The notes beneath the pieces were generated by a model. It worked only from the letters and a program-made list of their open reading frames with translations, searched no databases and was not told the DNA's origin. The translations under genes were made by a program, and so were the position numbers. From positions 15,066,001 through 15,130,000 of the forward strand of contig OZ316776.1 in the NCBI GenBank assembly GCA_973851085.1: a stretch of DNA of 64,000 nt, written 5' to 3'. The stretch is from Ptychomitrium polyphyllum. Its lineage: Eukaryota. This document shows positions 60,882 through 64,000 of this stretch, piece by piece (the stretch's first letter is position 1; each line of letters begins with the position of its first letter).

Positions 60882-62583
60882 ATGAGTGCCAATCCGTATG
60901 CGCACTATGACAACCAGGGAGTGCCTGGGGGAGTGGCCGGTGCTGCAGGCACGTCGGCGTATCCGGATTCAGGGAGGCCCAACACCACTGCTGCTGCTCC
61001 TGCCGCAGGTGCAAGATCTTTCGTTCTCCTAAGTGATTTTTTTCTTTTTCTGGGTCACCTGATTTCGTTTCTGAATGTTGGAATTCGCTGACTGTTAGGG
61101 GATTTTCGGATTTTGTGCGAGAAGTCTGTGATTGTCGGTTTGAGGGAAGATAGTTGGAGGATTTTGAGATTTTATTTAGGGATTTTTGGAAGTGGGTGGT
61201 TGTGGGTGGGTGGGTGGGTGGATGGGTGGTTGATGGCAGTTTGTTTGTGAGCTGGAGAGCTGTAGCTTGTATTCGTTTTCTTTTTTAGCATAAGAGCTGT
61301 AGGGGTAGTATGCGATCAGTTGTATGTAGTGGTTAAGTAAGTGATTGTTGATTTGGTATGGTAGCCCTTTGGTTGGTATAATTCTATGTGAGAGGGAGTC
61401 TAAGTCGTTTTTGAGTGAATTGAGTAATTTTGTAGCTGACTAATTTGGTGGGCTTTGCAGGAGGTGCTATGGGGTATCTGAGCAAGTTGGGAAAGCAGGC
61501 CGAGAGTGTTGCAGGGAGCTTCTGGGGTCACAGTAAGTCTGTTTTTCTACAAAATGGTGTTGTTGAGAGTATCTCATTTTGGTGGGCCTGGCAGGACAAT
61601 TTCGGTTGTAGTTTTGTTTGCTTTGAAGTTAGTTTTCTCTATTTCATAAGATTTTGATCTTGCAGTACAAGGAAACTGAATTCTTGTTCACGAGTATGTT
61701 GTTGATTGTCTTTGGATTTTTCTGCAGTGAGGACAAGCAATTCACTTCCAGATGCAGCTATCGGAAGGATCAGTCATGGAACAAGGTTGTTGAGAGAGGG
61801 AGGGTTCGAAGGCGTTTATAAACAAACATTTGGAGCATTTTTACCAAACGAGCACCTGAAGAAAACTTATGCATGTCACCTTTCTACATCGAATGGTGCT
61901 GTTGGTGGCACTCTCTACATCACCAATCTTAAGTTTGCTTTCTGCAGCGATCGGGAACTGACCTACTATCCCACTCCCGGTCAATCGGCAAGCAGCTATT
62001 ACAAGGTATACACCATTTTCTAGTTTTAAGGTTCAAATCCTTTTATTCAAATCGTCTTGTTCGGATTTGAAGAGGTCTGTGTTCATGTTCAAGCCTTGTA
62101 CCTTTGCTGATTTTTATTTGTATCTTCTGATCTTGTATAACACTTGCTGATTTTTCACTTCTCTTCGAAGCTAACCATCGAACAACTCGGGTATAATTGT
62201 GAGTTCAGGTTATCCTTCCCCTGGAGAAAGTAAGGGAGGTTATTCCCGTTGCTAATGCGAAGAAGCCGACAGACAAGTACATCCAGGTAGTGACCAAAGA
62301 CGGTCACGAGTTCTGGTATATGGGATTCGTGAACTACGATAAGGGAATCAAGAACATGCAGGAGGCTGTGCGGTTGGCTCAGAGTCAGGGCAATCTCTCT
62401 GGAGGATCAATGCCAGGAGGTGCTGCTCCATACACTCCCATGTCAACACCGTCTCAGCCCATGTACCCCCCTGCACCAACAGACCGACCTGGTTACGGCC
62501 CACCAGCCTCGGATTCTAGCCCCTTTCAGCCTGCTCCCGCAGGTTATCCTCCAGTTGCAAAACCTGGTTATCCACCTGCTTAG
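60882..62583 (+). CDS. GEM-like GRAM-domain protein with a Pro-rich C-terminal tail (4 exons)
   Basis: GRISHGTRLLREGGFEGVYKQTF, YACHLSTSNGAVGGTLYIT..FAFCSD, YYKV and DGHEFWYMGFVNYDK. Exons 60882-61008, 61461-61532, 61728-62005, 62209-62583. Confidence 0.92.
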
Positions 62584-63073
62584 CTTTCTTTGTATGTCCG
62601 GCACTTCATAATGACTACTCTTGGAAGTGGCTAGCCACGAGGAACAATGTGCAGTTTGTGTGCACAATTCAGTATAAGATGCATTGCAAGTGTTACAGTT
62701 TAGGTAATTGTTTGGCACTGTGTAAATAAGGTATAATTATGCGATATTGCTGGCGGAAACCAGCCTGTATCATGAGATGATTGGTTCGAAGAAGCATTTT
62801 TAGGTAGTGGCAAGGTTGTAATGCAGAGAGTCTGATCATAGTAATTGATCAGTAGTACATTGTGCTCTCGTTTTCAAACACTGAGATGATGATGGTTTGT
62901 CACGTGTTCAAACCGTGTCACGTTGCTCCTGACTATTTTTTACATCTCTGTTCTTGTTTCGAAATCGGAATGTGTTATCGATAGTAACTGGACGTGTGGT
63001 TCCACACTTGTATTTCATGTTTGCAAAATAATGGGATTGCTGAGCTGGCAGTGATGACTTCGGTCTAAAGGCC

Positions 63074-63495
63074 ATCTAGAACACTTTCTAGAATTATGTA
63101 CGCAGGATTTTCCTTCACATACATGGACACAGTTGTACTAAGTTACGAACTGGCAATCTAGAACACTTTCTAGAATTATGTACGTTACAGGATTTTCCTT
63201 CACATACATGGACACAGTTGTACTAAGTTACGAACTGGCAATCTAGAACACTTTCTAGAATTATGTACGTTACAGGATTTTCCTTCACATACATGGACAC
63301 AATTGTACTAAGTTACGAACTGGCAATCTAGAACACTTTCTAGAATTATGTACGTTACAGGATTTTCCTTCACATACATGGACACAATTGTACTAAGTTA
63401 CGAATTGGCAATCTAGAACACTTTCTAGAATTATGTACGTTACAGGATTTTCCTTCACATACATGGACACAATTGTACTAAGTTACGAACTGGCA
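63074..63495. repeat. 85-bp tandem repeat, 5 copies (first copy 82 bp)
   Basis: Units start at 63074, 63156, 63241, 63326 and 63411 and are nearly identical. Confidence 0.97.
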
Positions 63496-64000
63496 ACACA
63501 CAAGACAATTCTGACTATCTTGTGAGTTTATCTTGACCTTATCTTTTGGACCAACCATTGGTAAGCCATACAAAAAATAATCCTAAAAACAATCCTAAAG
63601 AAATGGTTTTTCCTCAATAGTTGCTATTGTATCTTTTATTTTTTTGTTCATCTTCAACTTACTTATTTTGTGGACAATGTAACAAGGTATAAAACCTTGC
63701 TAAAGAACTTAAAAATTATGGCCAATCATATCATCTAAAATTCTCTAAAACATGGTAGGAACTTCTATTGTTTTGAGCCATTAGTGTTTTTTTTTTTTTG
63801 CAACTCTGCAAATAAGCCAAGATCTAAGAATGTAAGTTGATTCCATTTCTAAGCCACTTCCAAGAATTGGGCATCTTGTGAAAATGATATAAGCTACTAG
63901 AATGCAACCTTTCAAGTACAAAAAACCTATTCATTTCTAACAAAATTAGACAAAAGATTCAGAAAAATATTATTTTTAACTTTAAAGATCCAAAATATGA

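Noticed and set aside
63074..63495. CRISPR array or tRNA/5S cluster
   Set aside because: The units are identical end to end with no spacers, and I see no A/B-box or cloverleaf features.

Overview
Eukaryotic land-plant DNA, most likely a moss or other bryophyte. This is inferred from the gene style and the Tcn1-/Galadriel-like chromoviruses. The left ~45 kb is a retrotransposon-rich block around a disrupted non-TIR NLR immune-receptor gene (9538-14977). That gene has an RPW8/CC-like N-terminus, a clean NB-ARC and about 51 near-identical 72-bp LRR units that vary mainly in a 7-codon cassette. Three Ty3/gypsy chromovirus families are present, labelled A, B and C here. They form a triple nest (A in B in C, 27387-45062), an ~8.4-kb inverted duplication (mirror coordinates sum to 53503) and a 1.8-kb direct duplication across a 200-N gap, so part of 16-27 kb may be an assembly artefact. 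Family A shows a putative self-priming PBS, a -1 frameshift signal, heat-shock elements in the LTR, and an extra ORF between the chromodomain and the PPT that is conserved at protein level in family C. The right ~19 kb is ordinary gene space: SRP68, a kynurenine 3-monooxygenase-like flavoprotein, a GEM-like GRAM-domain gene and an 85-bp tandem repeat. All calls are from reading the sequence by eye; no searches were run.
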